This document shows positions 38,693 through 50,028 of a DNA stretch of 64,000 nt, piece by piece (positions within the stretch are counted from its first letter, which is position 1; each line of letters opens with the position of its first letter). The notes below the pieces were generated by a model, which made no database searches, was not told where the DNA came from, and worked only from the letters and a program-made list of their open reading frames with translations. The stretch is taken from assembly GCF_016903815.1 (NCBI RefSeq), contig NZ_CP069973.1. One strand, written 5' to 3'. The position numbers were made by a program, and so were the translations under genes. This stretch comes from Escherichia coli. GTDB lineage: Bacteria; Pseudomonadota; Gammaproteobacteria; Enterobacterales; Enterobacteriaceae.

Positions 38693-39355
38693 TTAGAGAT
38701 GAGTAGTGCCAAATGCGGCATTCCAGTCGTGTTCGAACTTCTCTATAGCTGACTCTACCGCAGGGGTGTTGAGCATTTGTTGCGCTACATCTAAGGGCAG
38801 GGTGATGGATTCACATCCTGCCAGTAAACAGTCCAGCGCCTGACGCGGCGTTTTAAAGCTGGCCGCCAGCACCATGCTTTCTGGTGCGTGCATTTCTAAC
38901 AGTGCTTGCAGCTCCTGAACCGTACGAATGCCGTCTCCGCCCTGGGCATCTACGCGGTTAACATACGGAGCAACGTATTTTGCCCCTGCCAGTGCGGCTA
39001 ATAACCCTTGTGCGGCGCTATATACAGCGGTGCCAAGTGTAGTAATACCCTCTTTTTTCAGTATTTTAATTGCTGCCAGACCTTCGGAAGTCACCGGGAT
39101 TTTCACCACAATACCCGGAATGGCGTCGCGCAGGCGCTTCGCTTCTTCCACCATCCCCTGCGCGTCGCGGCTCATGGTCTGAGCAAACAGAATGCCCTCA
39201 TCACCAATCGCTTTTTGCAGACGCGGCAGCACTTCCCATATGGACTCCTTGCTGGCAGCGATAATGCTCGGGTTAGTTGTCACCCCGGCAATCGGGAATA
39301 TGCGTGCCAGACGTTCGACTTCTGCGACGTTAGCGGTGTCCAGATACAGTTCCAT
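38693..39355 (-). CDS. fsaB: fructose-6-phosphate aldolase 2
   Basis: 220-aa [40 protein letters not shown]...; recognised as FsaB (TalC). Confidence 0.95.
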   Translation of the reverse strand: MELYLDTANVAEVERLARIFPIAGVTTNPSIIAASKESIWEVLPRLQKAIGDEGILFAQTMSRDAQGMVEEAKRLRDAIPGIVVKIPVTSEGLAAIKILKKEGITTLGTAVYSAAQGLLAALAGAKYVAPYVNRVDAQGGDGIRTVQELQALLEMHAPESMVLAASFKTPRQALDCLLAGCESITLPLDVAQQMLNTPAVESAIEKFEHDWNAAFGTTHL

Positions 39356-39366
39356 GATGTTTCCTT

Positions 39367-41868
39367 TTACAGTTCCAGTTCATGTTGCAGCAGGCTGGCG
39401 ATAGCGTCGGCAGAGGCGGCGTTAACCAGCGCGTTACGGAATTCTTCGTGCATGATGCGGCGAGCGAGGCGCGAGAAAATGCGCATGTGCTGATCGCCCG
39501 CAGCGTGTTTGTTCAGCGTTAACATAATGATGAATTGCGCTTCATCATCGCCCCAGCGCACCGGCGCTTGCAGACGCGCTACGCTGATGGTGGATTGCTC
39601 AATATGTTCCGATTTGCTGTGGGGAATGGCAAAACTAAAGCCCAGACCGGTAGAGAAAACGGCCTCGCGCGCCCACAAGTCGGCTTCCAGTTTACGCGGA
39701 TAGCGGCAGCGGCCCGCCAGCAGCAGGTTATCGGTCATGCCTTTGAGCACTTCTTCTTTGCTGCGCCAGTCGCTTTCCAGTGTGATGCACTCGGCGGTGA
39801 CCAGCGGTGCGTCTTGTTGGGTCATGCGGAATTGCGCCAGCAGATGTTCCACTTCCAGCGAAGTACGGCAGGCCATTGCCTGGTTGAGCAACTTGCGGCA
39901 CTCACGGCTATCAAGTTGCGCCATTCGCGCTTTCGCCGCCGGAATTGACGGTGCGCTCATGCTCAGCTCATCCAGCCCTAAACCGACCAGCAATGGCAGC
40001 ACGGAACCTTTCGCTCCCAGTTCACCGCACAGACCAATCCATTTGCCCTGGCGATGCACCGCCTGCACGGCGTAATCGAGCGCCCGCAAGAATGCTGGAT
40101 TCAGGCTGTTATAGTGACGAGTAACCTTAGCGTTATCGCGATCCACTGCCAGCAGATATTGCGTCAGGTCATTACTACCGATACTAAAGAAATCAATCTC
40201 TTCGCAGCATTGATCGATGATGAACATCACCGACGGCACTTCCAGCATAATGCCGAGCTGGATCTTCTCATCAAACGGAATGTGTTCGTTACGCAGTTGC
40301 TGTTTGGCTTCCGCCAGTTTTTCTTTCACCCATAAGATCTCTTCCATTGAAGAGATCATCGGGATCATGATTTTCAGGCTGCCGTGAGCGGAGGCACGGA
40401 GAATCGACCGTAGTTGTGTGGTAAATAACGACGCGTACTCTTCATAAATACGCACGGCGCGATAACCGAGGAACGGGTTTGCCTCTGCGGGAATGTTCAG
40501 ATAATCAACGGGTTTGTCACCGCCAATATCCATAGTGCGCACAATAATGCTGCGTCCGTTGGCGGACTCCAGCGCCTGACAAAAAATGTTGTACAGCTCG
40601 CTTTCGCCCGGTGCACTGGTGCGATCCATATAGAGCATTTCAGTGCGGAATAAACCAACGCCTTCCGCACCATTGCCGAATGCGGCCTGCGCTTCCACGG
40701 AGTGAGCGATGTTAGCGGCAATTTCAATGCGGATACCGTCAGCGGTACGGGCTTGTTGGGTCAGCCAGACACGCTGTTGCTCACGCAGGGCGTCCTGTAC
40801 GCGGGCTTCCTGCTGATAATAACGAGCTACGGCTTCCCCTGGCTCAACCACAATCGCCCCAGCGTTGCCGTCGATATAAATCGTTTGATGCTGCCACGGA
40901 GTGAGGGCATCAATATCCACACCAACCAGCGTCGGAATGTTGAACGAACGGGCAAGGATCACCGTATGTGAGGTGGTGCCGCCGCTTTTGAGCAACAATC
41001 CTTTGAGGTGATTTTTATCCAGTTCGAGGAACTGGCTGGGGGTCAGTTCATCAGCCATACAAATGGCGGGCTGCGTCAGTTTGCCCGGTGCCGGGAAGCG
41101 TTGCTCACCGTAGATTTGCTGGAGTAACTGGAAGCAGACGTCGCGTACGTCCAGGGCACGTTCTTGCAGGTAGCTGCTGCTGGAACGAGCGAACTCTTCG
41201 CAGAAGTGGTGTGCACTGGCGACAATCGCTTCGGCACAGCTTAATCCCTCGCTGACGCCTGCCAGTAAGTGCTGACGTAAAGAAGTATCGCCAGCCAGGG
41301 ATCGGTGAGCTTCCAGTATCGCGCTGGTAGCACCGTCGCTATCCAGCAGACGAAATTCAATGTTTTTCATCACCAGTGTCAGGCCGTTTTCCAGCGCGGA
41401 TTGCTCGGCGTCAACGCCTTTGGCAGCAGGAAGATTACCCAGCGCATTGAGATCTAAAGAAGAGATCGGCGTCAGAATGCCGCCTGCGCTACCGCTGCAC
41501 ACGGTGCGGGCGCGGATAATTTGCGGATTCAGATTGGTCAGTGAAACCGGCAGGGGTTCCAGTTCGTCAGATTTAACTTCCACCAGCGGCGCATCGCAGT
41601 GGGGGAATTCATCGCGCAGCCATTGGCTTAAACGCTGGTACGCTTCCTGTTCGTCGGCCCCGGAAATCAGTAACTGGCAGTTATCGCCCACCAGCGTATC
41701 GGTGCCAATCAGCGCAAGAGCGCTTTTGGCGTTGCCCTTACGGTCAGTGCGCAGGTTATGCCACTCAATTTGTGATGAAAAAGTATTACACAGCGTTTCA
41801 ACGTGGCTTGCCGGACGCGCATGTACGCCGTTAGGTAGCTCACAAATAAATTCCACAATCAGGGCCAT
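39367..41868 (-). CDS. ptsA: multiphosphoryl transfer protein PtsA (fused EI / HPr / EIIA-like PTS protein)
   Basis: 833-aa ORF with HPr-like N-terminus, enzyme I-like core and EIIA-like C-terminus; recognised as PtsA (FrwA). Confidence 0.93.
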   Translation of the reverse strand: MALIVEFICELPNGVHARPASHVETLCNTFSSQIEWHNLRTDRKGNAKSALALIGTDTLVGDNCQLLISGADEQEAYQRLSQWLRDEFPHCDAPLVEVKSDELEPLPVSLTNLNPQIIRARTVCSGSAGGILTPISSLDLNALGNLPAAKGVDAEQSALENGLTLVMKNIEFRLLDSDGATSAILEAHRSLAGDTSLRQHLLAGVSEGLSCAEAIVASAHHFCEEFARSSSSYLQERALDVRDVCFQLLQQIYGEQRFPAPGKLTQPAICMADELTPSQFLELDKNHLKGLLLKSGGTTSHTVILARSFNIPTLVGVDIDALTPWQHQTIYIDGNAGAIVVEPGEAVARYYQQEARVQDALREQQRVWLTQQARTADGIRIEIAANIAHSVEAQAAFGNGAEGVGLFRTEMLYMDRTSAPGESELYNIFCQALESANGRSIIVRTMDIGGDKPVDYLNIPAEANPFLGYRAVRIYEEYASLFTTQLRSILRASAHGSLKIMIPMISSMEEILWVKEKLAEAKQQLRNEHIPFDEKIQLGIMLEVPSVMFIIDQCCEEIDFFSIGSNDLTQYLLAVDRDNAKVTRHYNSLNPAFLRALDYAVQAVHRQGKWIGLCGELGAKGSVLPLLVGLGLDELSMSAPSIPAAKARMAQLDSRECRKLLNQAMACRTSLEVEHLLAQFRMTQQDAPLVTAECITLESDWRSKEEVLKGMTDNLLLAGRCRYPRKLEADLWAREAVFSTGLGFSFAIPHSKSEHIEQSTISVARLQAPVRWGDDEAQFIIMLTLNKHAAGDQHMRIFSRLARRIMHEEFRNALVNAASADAIASLLQHELEL

Positions 41869-42176
41869 TGCCTCTCTCCCGGTACGGTTTTCTGTTTACA
41901 GGATAAGAGCGCACGGCAACGGCCTGCCATGTGACAAATCTGCCAAAAGCTGGACAAATGTAATGTAACCGTCAATTTGCGACGCGTCTCACAAGACGCC
42001 GTTTTGCGGCATGCTCCCGGATTATCGCAAGTTATGAGGCGGATCGCATTTTTGTACTGATATTACAAAAGTCCAGTAAATGGCCTTTTTATCCACTGTT
42101 TGCTCCGCCTGCGATTGCCTATTGTTTCCTCCATCAAAAATATGGACATGGGCTTTTGCAAGCCCGGGAGCAGCTT

Positions 42177-43256
42177 ATGAATGAGTTGGTGCAGATCCTG
42201 AAAAATACCCGTCAGCATTTAATGACGGGCGTTTCACACATGATTCCCTTCGTGGTATCGGGCGGTATTTTGCTGGCGGTTTCCGTCATGTTGTATGGCA
42301 AAGGTGCAGTGCCGGATGCCGTCGCCGATCCGAATCTGAAAAAACTGTTTGATATCGGCGTTGCAGGTTTGACGCTGATGGTGCCTTTCCTCGCCGCTTA
42401 CATCGGTTACTCCATTGCAGAACGTTCTGCGCTGGCTCCATGCGCTATCGGTGCCTGGGTTGGTAACAGCTTTGGTGCGGGCTTCTTTGGTGCACTGATC
42501 GCCGGGATTATCGGCGGCATCGTGGTGCATTACCTGAAGAAAATTCCGGTGCATAAAGTTCTGCGTTCGGTGATGCCAATCTTCATCATTCCGATCGTCG
42601 GCACACTGATTACCGCAGGCATCATGATGTGGGGGCTGGGCGAGCCTGTGGGGGCATTGACCAACAGCCTGACTCAGTGGCTTCAGGGGATGCAGCAGGG
42701 CAGCATTGTTATGCTGGCGGTGATCATGGGCCTGATGCTGGCGTTCGATATGGGCGGTCCGGTTAACAAAGTGGCCTATGCCTTCATGCTGATTTGCGTT
42801 GCTCAGGGTGTTTATACCGTGGTGGCCATTGCTGCCGTGGGTATTTGTATTCCGCCGCTGGGGATGGGGCTGGCGACGCTGATTGGTCGTAAAAATTTCT
42901 CCGCAGAAGAGCGCGAAACCGGTAAAGCGGCGCTGGTGATGGGGTGCGTTGGGGTTACTGAAGGGGCGATTCCTTTCGCCGCTGCCGATCCGCTGCGTGT
43001 TATTCCTTCCATCATGGTCGGTTCAGTTTGTGGTGCGGTAACTGCGGCACTGGTCGGTGCACAGTGCTATGCAGGTTGGGGTGGTCTGATTGTGCTGCCG
43101 GTGGTTGAAGGCAAGCTGGGTTATATCGCAGCAGTGGCTGTCGGAGCAGTGGTGACGGCAGTCTGCGTGAACGTGCTGAAAAGTCTGGCGCGTAAAAATG
43201 GGTCTTCGACTGATGAAAAAGAAGACGACCTGGATTTGGATTTTGAAATTAATTAA
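42177..43256 (+). CDS. frwC: fructose-like PTS permease EIIC component
   Basis: 359-aa product starting MNELVQILKNTRQHLMTGVSHMIPFVVSGG inside the listed ORF 42156..43256. Confidence 0.93.
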   Translation: MNELVQILKNTRQHLMTGVSHMIPFVVSGGILLAVSVMLYGKGAVPDAVADPNLKKLFDIGVAGLTLMVPFLAAYIGYSIAERSALAPCAIGAWVGNSFGAGFFGALIAGIIGGIVVHYLKKIPVHKVLRSVMPIFIIPIVGTLITAGIMMWGLGEPVGALTNSLTQWLQGMQQGSIVMLAVIMGLMLAFDMGGPVNKVAYAFMLICVAQGVYTVVAIAAVGICIPPLGMGLATLIGRKNFSAEERETGKAALVMGCVGVTEGAIPFAAADPLRVIPSIMVGSVCGAVTAALVGAQCYAGWGGLIVLPVVEGKLGYIAAVAVGAVVTAVCVNVLKSLARKNGSSTDEKEDDLDLDFEIN

Positions 43257-43270
43257 TTGAGGAACGAGCC

Positions 43271-43591
43271 ATGACGAAAATTATTGCAGTAACCGCGTGT
43301 CCATCTGGTGTTGCCCATACCTATATGGCGGCAGAGGCGCTGGAAAGTGCCGCGAAAGCGAAAGGCTGGGAAGTGAAAGTAGAAACCCAGGGGTCAATTG
43401 GTCTGGAAAATGAACTGACAGCGGAAGACGTGGCGAGCGCCGATATGGTGATTCTGACCAAAGATATCGGCATCAAGTTTGAAGAGCGTTTTGCTGGCAA
43501 GACCATCGTGCGCGTCAACATCAGCGACGCGGTAAAACGCGCTGATGCCATTATGAGCAAAATTGAAGCTCACCTGGCACAAACCGTTTAA
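43271..43591 (+). CDS. frwB: fructose-like PTS EIIB component
   Basis: 106-aa ORF MTKIIAVTACPSGVAHTYMAAEALESAAKAKGWEVKVETQGS...; recognised as FrwB. Confidence 0.93.
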   Translation: MTKIIAVTACPSGVAHTYMAAEALESAAKAKGWEVKVETQGSIGLENELTAEDVASADMVILTKDIGIKFEERFAGKTIVRVNISDAVKRADAIMSKIEAHLAQTV

Positions 43592-43641
43592 GTTCTTATC
43601 CCGCCCGTAAGGGCGGGTTCGCTTTCCCACAGGAGTTCCTC

Positions 43642-45939
43642 ATGACGAATCGTATCTCTCGCCTCAAAACTGCACTGTTTGCCAATACCCGTGAAATCTC
43701 GCTGGAGCGTGCGCTGCTTTATACCGCCAGCCATCGGCAAACCGAAGGCGAACCGGTGATATTGCGCCGGGCGAAAGCAACAGCGTATATCCTTGAACAT
43801 GTTGAAATTTCGATTCGTGATGAAGAACTGATTGCCGGTAACCGCACCGTAAAACCGCGCGCCGGGATTATGTCGCCGGAAATGGACCCTTACTGGCTGC
43901 TGAAAGAGTTGGATCAATTCCCGACGCGTCCGCAGGACCGCTTTGCTATCAGCGAAGAAGATAAACGTATCTACCGCGAAGAGTTGTTCCCGTACTGGGA
44001 AAAACGTTCGATGAAAGATTTCATCAACGGGCAGATGACGGATGAAGTAAAAGCCGCGACCAGCACGCAGATTTTCAGCATCAACCAGACGGATAAAGGC
44101 CAGGGGCACATTATTATTGATTACCCGCGCCTGCTGAATCACGGGCTGGGGGAGCTGGTGGCACAGATGCAGCAACATTGTCAGCAACAGCCGGAGAATC
44201 ACTTTTATCAGGCAGCGCTGTTACTGCTGGAAGCCTCGCGGAAACACATTCTGCGTTACGCTGAACTGGCGGAAACGATGGCGGCAAACTGCACAGATGC
44301 CCAGCGTCGCGAAGAACTGCTGACTATTGCGGAGATCTCCCGCCATAACGCCGAACATAAGCCGCAGACGTTCTGGCAGGCGTGCCAGTTATTCTGGTAC
44401 ATGAACATCATTCTGCAATACGAATCCAACGCCAGTTCTCTGTCTTTAGGGCGCTTCGACCAGTATATGTTGCCGTTCTATCAGGCATCATTAACCCAGT
44501 GCGAAGATCCGGCGTTCCTGAAAGAACTGCTCGAATCTTTATGGGTGAAATGCAACGATATCGTGCTGTTGCGCTCCACCAGTAGCGCGCGTTATTTCGC
44601 CGGTTTCCCGACCGGCTATACCGCACTGCTCGGCGGGTTAACCGAGAACGGACGTAGCGCGGTGAACGTACTTTCGTTCCTCTGTCTCGACGCCTATCAA
44701 AGTGTGCAATTACCGCAACCGAACCTGGGGGTGCGCACTAACGCCTTGATCGACACGCCGTTCCTGATGAAAACCGCAGAAACTATTCGCCTCGGTACCG
44801 GTATTCCGCAAATCTTTAACGATGAAGTGGTGGTGCCAGCGTTCCTCAACCGTGGCGTTTCGCTGGAAGATGCGCGCGACTATTCCGTAGTGGGCTGCGT
44901 GGAATTATCTATTCCCGGCAGAACCTACGGCTTGCATGACATCGCGATGTTTAACCTGCTGAAAGTGATGGAAATCTGCCTGCATGAAAATGAAGGTAAC
45001 GCTGCGCTGACTTATGAAGGTTTACTGGAACAGATCCGCGCCAAGATCAGCCACTACATCACCCTGATGGTAGAGGGCAGCAATATTTGTGATATCGGCC
45101 ATCGCGACTGGGCACCTGTACCGCTGCTCTCGTCTTTTATCAGCGATTGTCTGGAAAAAGGTCGCGATATTACCGATGGCGGCGCGCGTTATAACTTCTC
45201 CGGCGTACAGGGGATCGGTATCGCCAACCTGAGCGATTCTCTCCATGCGTTGAAAGGGATGATTTTTGATCAACAGCGTTTAAGTTTTGACGAATTGCTG
45301 TCGGTATTAAAAGCCAACTTCGCAACGCCAGAAGGCGAAAAAGTCCGTGCTCGCTTAATTAACCGCTTCGAGAAATACGGTAACGATATCGACGAGGTGG
45401 ATAACATCAGCGCCGAACTGTTACGCCACTACTGCAAAGAAGTGGAAAAATACCAGAACCCGCGCGGCGGCTACTTCACGCCGGGATCGTATACCGTTTC
45501 TGCTCACGTCCCGTTGGGATCGGTGGTTGGCGCGACGCCAGACGGTCGTTTTGCCGGTGAACAACTGGCAGACGGCGGCTTGTCACCCATGCTGGGCCAG
45601 GACGCACAAGGGCCAACGGCGGTACTGAAGTCAGTCAGTAAGCTCGATAATACGCTGCTGTCTAACGGTACGTTGCTGAACGTGAAATTCACTCCGGCGA
45701 CCCTGGAAGGTGAAGCGGGATTACGCAAACTGGCCGACTTCTTACGGGCATTTACCCAGCTTAAGTTACAACACATTCAGTTTAACGTGGTGAACGCCGA
45801 CACGTTGCGGGAAGCGCAACAGCGCCCACAAGATTATGCCGGGCTGGTGGTGCGCGTTGCCGGATACAGCGCCTTCTTTGTCGAATTGTCGAAGGAGATC
45901 CAGGATGACATCATCCGCCGGACAGCGCATCAGCTGTAA
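43642..45939 (+). CDS. pflD: glycyl-radical enzyme (pyruvate formate-lyase homologue) PflD
   Basis: 765-aa ORF with C-terminal glycyl-radical motif (VRVAGYSAFF); recognised as PflD. Confidence 0.95.
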   Translation: MTNRISRLKTALFANTREISLERALLYTASHRQTEGEPVILRRAKATAYILEHVEISIRDEELIAGNRTVKPRAGIMSPEMDPYWLLKELDQFPTRPQDRFAISEEDKRIYREELFPYWEKRSMKDFINGQMTDEVKAATSTQIFSINQTDKGQGHIIIDYPRLLNHGLGELVAQMQQHCQQQPENHFYQAALLLLEASRKHILRYAELAETMAANCTDAQRREELLTIAEISRHNAEHKPQTFWQACQLFWYMNIILQYESNASSLSLGRFDQYMLPFYQASLTQCEDPAFLKELLESLWVKCNDIVLLRSTSSARYFAGFPTGYTALLGGLTENGRSAVNVLSFLCLDAYQSVQLPQPNLGVRTNALIDTPFLMKTAETIRLGTGIPQIFNDEVVVPAFLNRGVSLEDARDYSVVGCVELSIPGRTYGLHDIAMFNLLKVMEICLHENEGNAALTYEGLLEQIRAKISHYITLMVEGSNICDIGHRDWAPVPLLSSFISDCLEKGRDITDGGARYNFSGVQGIGIANLSDSLHALKGMIFDQQRLSFDELLSVLKANFATPEGEKVRARLINRFEKYGNDIDEVDNISAELLRHYCKEVEKYQNPRGGYFTPGSYTVSAHVPLGSVVGATPDGRFAGEQLADGGLSPMLGQDAQGPTAVLKSVSKLDNTLLSNGTLLNVKFTPATLEGEAGLRKLADFLRAFTQLKLQHIQFNVVNADTLREAQQRPQDYAGLVVRVAGYSAFFVELSKEIQDDIIRRTAHQL

Positions 45940-46783
45940 CGTTGTGGAAACGCGCCGCAATGATGTGGCGCGCATTTTCAACATTCAGCGTTATTCACTG
46001 AATGACGGCGAGGGCATTCGTACGGTGGTCTTTTTTAAAGGCTGTCCGCATCTTTGCCCATGGTGTGCTAATCCGGAGTCGATCTCCGGCAAAATCCAGA
46101 CGGTACGCAGAGAGGCGAAATGTCTGCACTGTGCGAAATGTTTGCGTGATGCGGATGAATGCCCCTCCGGGGCGTTTGAACGGATTGGCCGCGATATCAG
46201 CCTTGACGCGCTGGAACGGGAAGTGATGAAAGATGACATTTTCTTTCGCACGTCCGGCGGCGGCGTCACGCTTTCTGGCGGCGAAGTGTTAATGCAGGCG
46301 GAGTTTGCTACCCGTTTTTTACAGCGGCTGCGGTTGTGGGGCGTGTCATGCGCCATTGAAACTGCCGGAGACGCGCCAGCCAGCAAGCTGTTACCGCTGG
46401 CGAAATTGTGCGATGAAGTGTTGTTCGATTTAAAAATTATGGACGCGACTCAGGCGCGGGATGTGGTGAAGATGAACCTGCCACGCGTGCTGGAGAATCT
46501 GCGTTTGCTGGTGAGTGAGGGCGTCAACGTGATCCCGCGTTTACCGCTGATCCCTGGTTTCACGCTCAGCCGGGAGAATATGCAGCAGGCGCTGGACGTG
46601 CTGATCCCGCTGAATATCAGGCAGATCCATCTGTTACCGTTTCATCAGTACGGCGAACCGAAATACCGCCTGCTGGGGAAAACATGGTCGATGAAAGAGG
46701 TGCCTGCGCCGTCGTCAGTCGATGTGGCAACGATGCGTGAAATGGCAGAGCGGGCCGGATTTCAGGTTACCGTGGGAGGTTAA
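45905..46783 (+). CDS. pflC: glycyl-radical enzyme activase (radical SAM) PflC
   Basis: 292-aa product starting MTSSAGQRISCNVVETRRNDVARIFNIQRYSLNDGEGIRTVVFFKGCPHLCPWCANPE (CxxxCxxC cluster) inside the listed ORF 45836..46783; overlaps the pflD 3' end by 35 nt. Confidence 0.93.
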   Translation: MTSSAGQRISCNVVETRRNDVARIFNIQRYSLNDGEGIRTVVFFKGCPHLCPWCANPESISGKIQTVRREAKCLHCAKCLRDADECPSGAFERIGRDISLDALEREVMKDDIFFRTSGGGVTLSGGEVLMQAEFATRFLQRLRLWGVSCAIETAGDAPASKLLPLAKLCDEVLFDLKIMDATQARDVVKMNLPRVLENLRLLVSEGVNVIPRLPLIPGFTLSRENMQQALDVLIPLNIRQIHLLPFHQYGEPKYRLLGKTWSMKEVPAPSSVDVATMREMAERAGFQVTVGG

Positions 46784-46784
46784 A

Positions 46785-47126
46785 ATGGCATACCTGGTGG
46801 CAGTAACCGCCTGCGTAAGCGGCGTGGCGCATACTTATATGGCGGCGGAACGGCTGGAAAAGTTGTGCCTGTTAGAGAAGTGGGGCGTCAGCATTGAAAC
46901 TCAGGGCGCGCTGGGAACGGAGAATCGTTTAGCGGACGAGGATATCCGTCGGGCGGATGTTGCTCTGTTAATTACGGATATCGAGCTTGCCGGTGCTGAG
47001 CGATTTGACCATTGCCGCTATGTGCAATGCAGCATCTACGCATTCCTGCGTGAGCCGCAGCGGGTGATGAGCGCGGTGCGCAAAGTGCTTTCTGCGCCGC
47101 AGCAAACCCATCTCATTCTGGAGTAG
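46785..47126 (+). CDS. frwD: fructose-like PTS EIIB component 2
   Basis: 113-aa product starting MAYLVAVTACVSGVAHTYMAAERLEKL inside the listed ORF 46722..47126. Confidence 0.92.
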   Translation: MAYLVAVTACVSGVAHTYMAAERLEKLCLLEKWGVSIETQGALGTENRLADEDIRRADVALLITDIELAGAERFDHCRYVQCSIYAFLREPQRVMSAVRKVLSAPQQTHLILE

Positions 47127-47964
47127 TCGGTTTTTCTGTCAGTTGGCTGTGGTACTGCCGACGATATTCCGACGGTGAGCGTTCGGTATTTTTACGAAAC
47201 AGACGGCAGAAGTAGTTGCTGTCGACAAAGCCGCAGGCGTGCGCCACTTCTTTTACCTTCAGGTCATAGCCTTTCAATAACGTCTTAGCGTGCTCCAGTC
47301 GCGTGTGATTCAGGTATTCGTTAAAACCAATGGCCCCCGTTTTTTGAAACAGGTGCGAGAGGTAATTTGGTGAAATATAAAACGCCTGTGCAACAGATTC
47401 GCGGGTAAGCGCGGAGGCATAGCGTTCGTCGATATAATCGCGAATAGCTTCAAATAGTGCCTGGCTGCGTGAGGCGGTCTGGATTTGGCTGCCGAGCAAA
47501 TCGCGGCAGTGGCTAAGCAGGCTGGCGACGATAAGCCTTGCCGTTTGCTGCTCCTGCGGCTGCATTTGCATTTCATTGAGCGTTTGTAGCAGAAAAGAAC
47601 CTATGCGTGGGCCGCGCCGGGCGACGTGTTGCTTCGCCAGATTTTGATATTGTTTGCCATCCCATTGCACGACGCTGAAGCCGAGTTGCTGTTTGCCAAA
47701 CAGCACGCTAAAGGTAGTGGCGGGGGCTTGCCATTGTGGAAAATTCCAGCCACCAGCAGGAACGTACAACACATCGCCGGGAACTAACGTTGCTCCAGCA
47801 CCGGTATCAACAAACTCACCTTCCAGCACAATTTCCAGCCGTGGAAAATCGACCTGATACGCAAGATCGGGCACCGGGCCGTTACTGCTGGCAAAGTAAA
47901 TCTGGCGCAGGGACAGCGGGCCGTTGATCAGGCGGGAGAGCAGATAGCTGACGTCGTGATACAT
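47113..47964 (-). CDS. yijO: AraC-family transcriptional regulator YijO
   Basis: 283-aa ORF with C-terminal AraC-type HTH region; convergent with frwD and overlapping it by 14 nt. Confidence 0.9.
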   Translation of the reverse strand: MYHDVSYLLSRLINGPLSLRQIYFASSNGPVPDLAYQVDFPRLEIVLEGEFVDTGAGATLVPGDVLYVPAGGWNFPQWQAPATTFSVLFGKQQLGFSVVQWDGKQYQNLAKQHVARRGPRIGSFLLQTLNEMQMQPQEQQTARLIVASLLSHCRDLLGSQIQTASRSQALFEAIRDYIDERYASALTRESVAQAFYISPNYLSHLFQKTGAIGFNEYLNHTRLEHAKTLLKGYDLKVKEVAHACGFVDSNYFCRLFRKNTERSPSEYRRQYHSQLTEKPTTPE

Positions 47965-48112
47965 GTTATTCCCTTAGGTATGTAGACGGGAAAACAGTAA
48001 CTGGCATTATTAAAAAAGGCCACCTGAAAAGTGTGGCCTGAGGGGAGTTCGATGTAAACATTGCGGCAGTATCGCATCCGGCAAATAGCGCCAGACGCGA
48101 TACAAAGGTCAT

Positions 48113-49846
48113 TTACTGATTACCTACCTGGTCGCCATATGGCAGCGTGTCGTAATCGATCAGCGCGTTTTTCTTGTACGGGTTACCAATCCAGCGGGTA
48201 GTTTCTTTGAACTGCGGATTCACCACTGAACGGGTTGGATCGTAACCGTCGTAAGATAAGCCCGCCAAATCTGACCAGGTGTGGATCAGTTCCGCAAGGC
48301 TGTATTTACGATCAACATCCTGTGAGAAATCACGCGGATGAGCCGCTTGCCATTTTTCCGACGTCCACAGCAGGAACGGAATGGTGTACATATGACGCGT
48401 CGGGTTGTCTTCGTTACGCCCCTGAGTTTTGTGCGGCGGCGTGTCGTAAACCTCTTCACCGTGGTCAGAGAAGTAAACCAGGAAACCGTTCGGGTCTGCT
48501 GCTTTAAAGTCTTTAATCAGGCTGGCAACCACATGATCGTTATACAGGTTAGCGTTGTCATAATCGTTATATGACTCCAGCTCTTCCGCGTTTAATCCCG
48601 GCGGAACATGATCGGTATTGCCATCAAACTTGCCCTGATTTTCCGGGTAGCGGTATTTGTATTTGATATGCGTACCCAGCAGATGAACGATGATCAGTTT
48701 CTTCGGCGCAGGGTCATTCAGCACTTCCTGGAACGGCTTCAGCACGTTGGTGTCGTATTCACGCGCACTCTGCGTACGTTGCTGGTTCATGTAGTACTGC
48801 TTGTCGGTCTGGCGCGAAAATACCGTCAGCATGGTATTGCGGGCGGTCATCGTCTGCTGGTTGGTGATCCAGAAGGTTTTATAACCCGCCTGTTTCATCA
48901 TGTTCATCAGCGACGGCTGTGTCAGGTACAGGTCCGGGTTCTTTTCATTGGCAAAGGTCAGCGCCTGTTGCAGGATTTCAATGGTGTACGGACGAGACGT
49001 CACCACGTTATTAAACACGGTCAGATTCGGATCGGTTTTATGCAGTGCATCCAGCTCCGGCGTGGTTTCACGCGGATAACCGTACAGACTCATGCGTCCA
49101 CGCTGGGTCGATTCGCCAATTACCAGCACTAAGGTGCGCGGTTCGTTACCCGATTCATCTTTGAAATTAGCCAGCGGCGGCAAGGCATTATTTTCATTCA
49201 GTAGCTTTGTTAGCGAGTTTAGTTGCTGACGATACTGATAATAGCCGGTCAGGAATTGCCACGGTGCGGCAGGCTCCATACGCGATGCCAGGTTATCCAA
49301 CGTTTTCTCAAATGGCTTGTTTTTGATAAACGTATTCATGGCGATCGGATGCAGAATCAAGCCATAAAGTAGGGCAAAAGAGACAACATAACGCCACGGC
49401 TTTGGAATATAGACCGGGCGCAGGCGTGTCCACAGCAGAACTGCCACTGCCGTATAGGCCAGCGCGATAAGCACAATTTTCAGGCTGAAATACTGGCTTA
49501 AATACTCGCTGGCTTCGTTGGTGTTGGTTTCGAACATCACAAACAGAACGCTCTGCGAGAACTCCTGACCGTAGATGACGTAGTAGCACAGCGCCGCCAG
49601 AGAGGCCGCCCATAGCACCACGCCGATTACTGCGGCAATAATTTTAATCCGCTTCGGAAAGAGGAATACCGGGATCAACCACAGCGAACTGAATAACAGC
49701 GAGTCGCGAATGCCATTAGTGCCACTATAACCACTGATGTAAATAATGGCCTGTAGCAGAGTAGAGAAAAACCAAAAGTAGAGCAGTGCCCAACCCAGGG
49801 CTTTCCAGCTAAAAAGGGGTTTAGCCTGGACTTCTGTGGAATGCAT
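48113..49846 (-). CDS. eptC: phosphoethanolamine transferase EptC
   Basis: 577-aa product starting MHSTEVQAKPLFSWKALGWALLYFWFFSTLLQ inside the listed ORF 48113..49891; N-terminal membrane domain plus sulfatase-like domain. Confidence 0.93.
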   Translation of the reverse strand: MHSTEVQAKPLFSWKALGWALLYFWFFSTLLQAIIYISGYSGTNGIRDSLLFSSLWLIPVFLFPKRIKIIAAVIGVVLWAASLAALCYYVIYGQEFSQSVLFVMFETNTNEASEYLSQYFSLKIVLIALAYTAVAVLLWTRLRPVYIPKPWRYVVSFALLYGLILHPIAMNTFIKNKPFEKTLDNLASRMEPAAPWQFLTGYYQYRQQLNSLTKLLNENNALPPLANFKDESGNEPRTLVLVIGESTQRGRMSLYGYPRETTPELDALHKTDPNLTVFNNVVTSRPYTIEILQQALTFANEKNPDLYLTQPSLMNMMKQAGYKTFWITNQQTMTARNTMLTVFSRQTDKQYYMNQQRTQSAREYDTNVLKPFQEVLNDPAPKKLIIVHLLGTHIKYKYRYPENQGKFDGNTDHVPPGLNAEELESYNDYDNANLYNDHVVASLIKDFKAADPNGFLVYFSDHGEEVYDTPPHKTQGRNEDNPTRHMYTIPFLLWTSEKWQAAHPRDFSQDVDRKYSLAELIHTWSDLAGLSYDGYDPTRSVVNPQFKETTRWIGNPYKKNALIDYDTLPYGDQVGNQ

Positions 49847-50028
49847 AGTAAGAACCTGTCTTGAAAAAAATATCGCCGAATGTAACGACAATTCCTTAAG
49901 GATATCTGAAGGGATATCCAGAATTTGAATAAAATGCAGACAGAAATATATTGAAAACGAGGGTGTTAGAACAGAAGTATTTCAGAAAACCCTCGCGCAA
50001 AAGCACGAGGGTTTGCAGGAGGGGAAGA

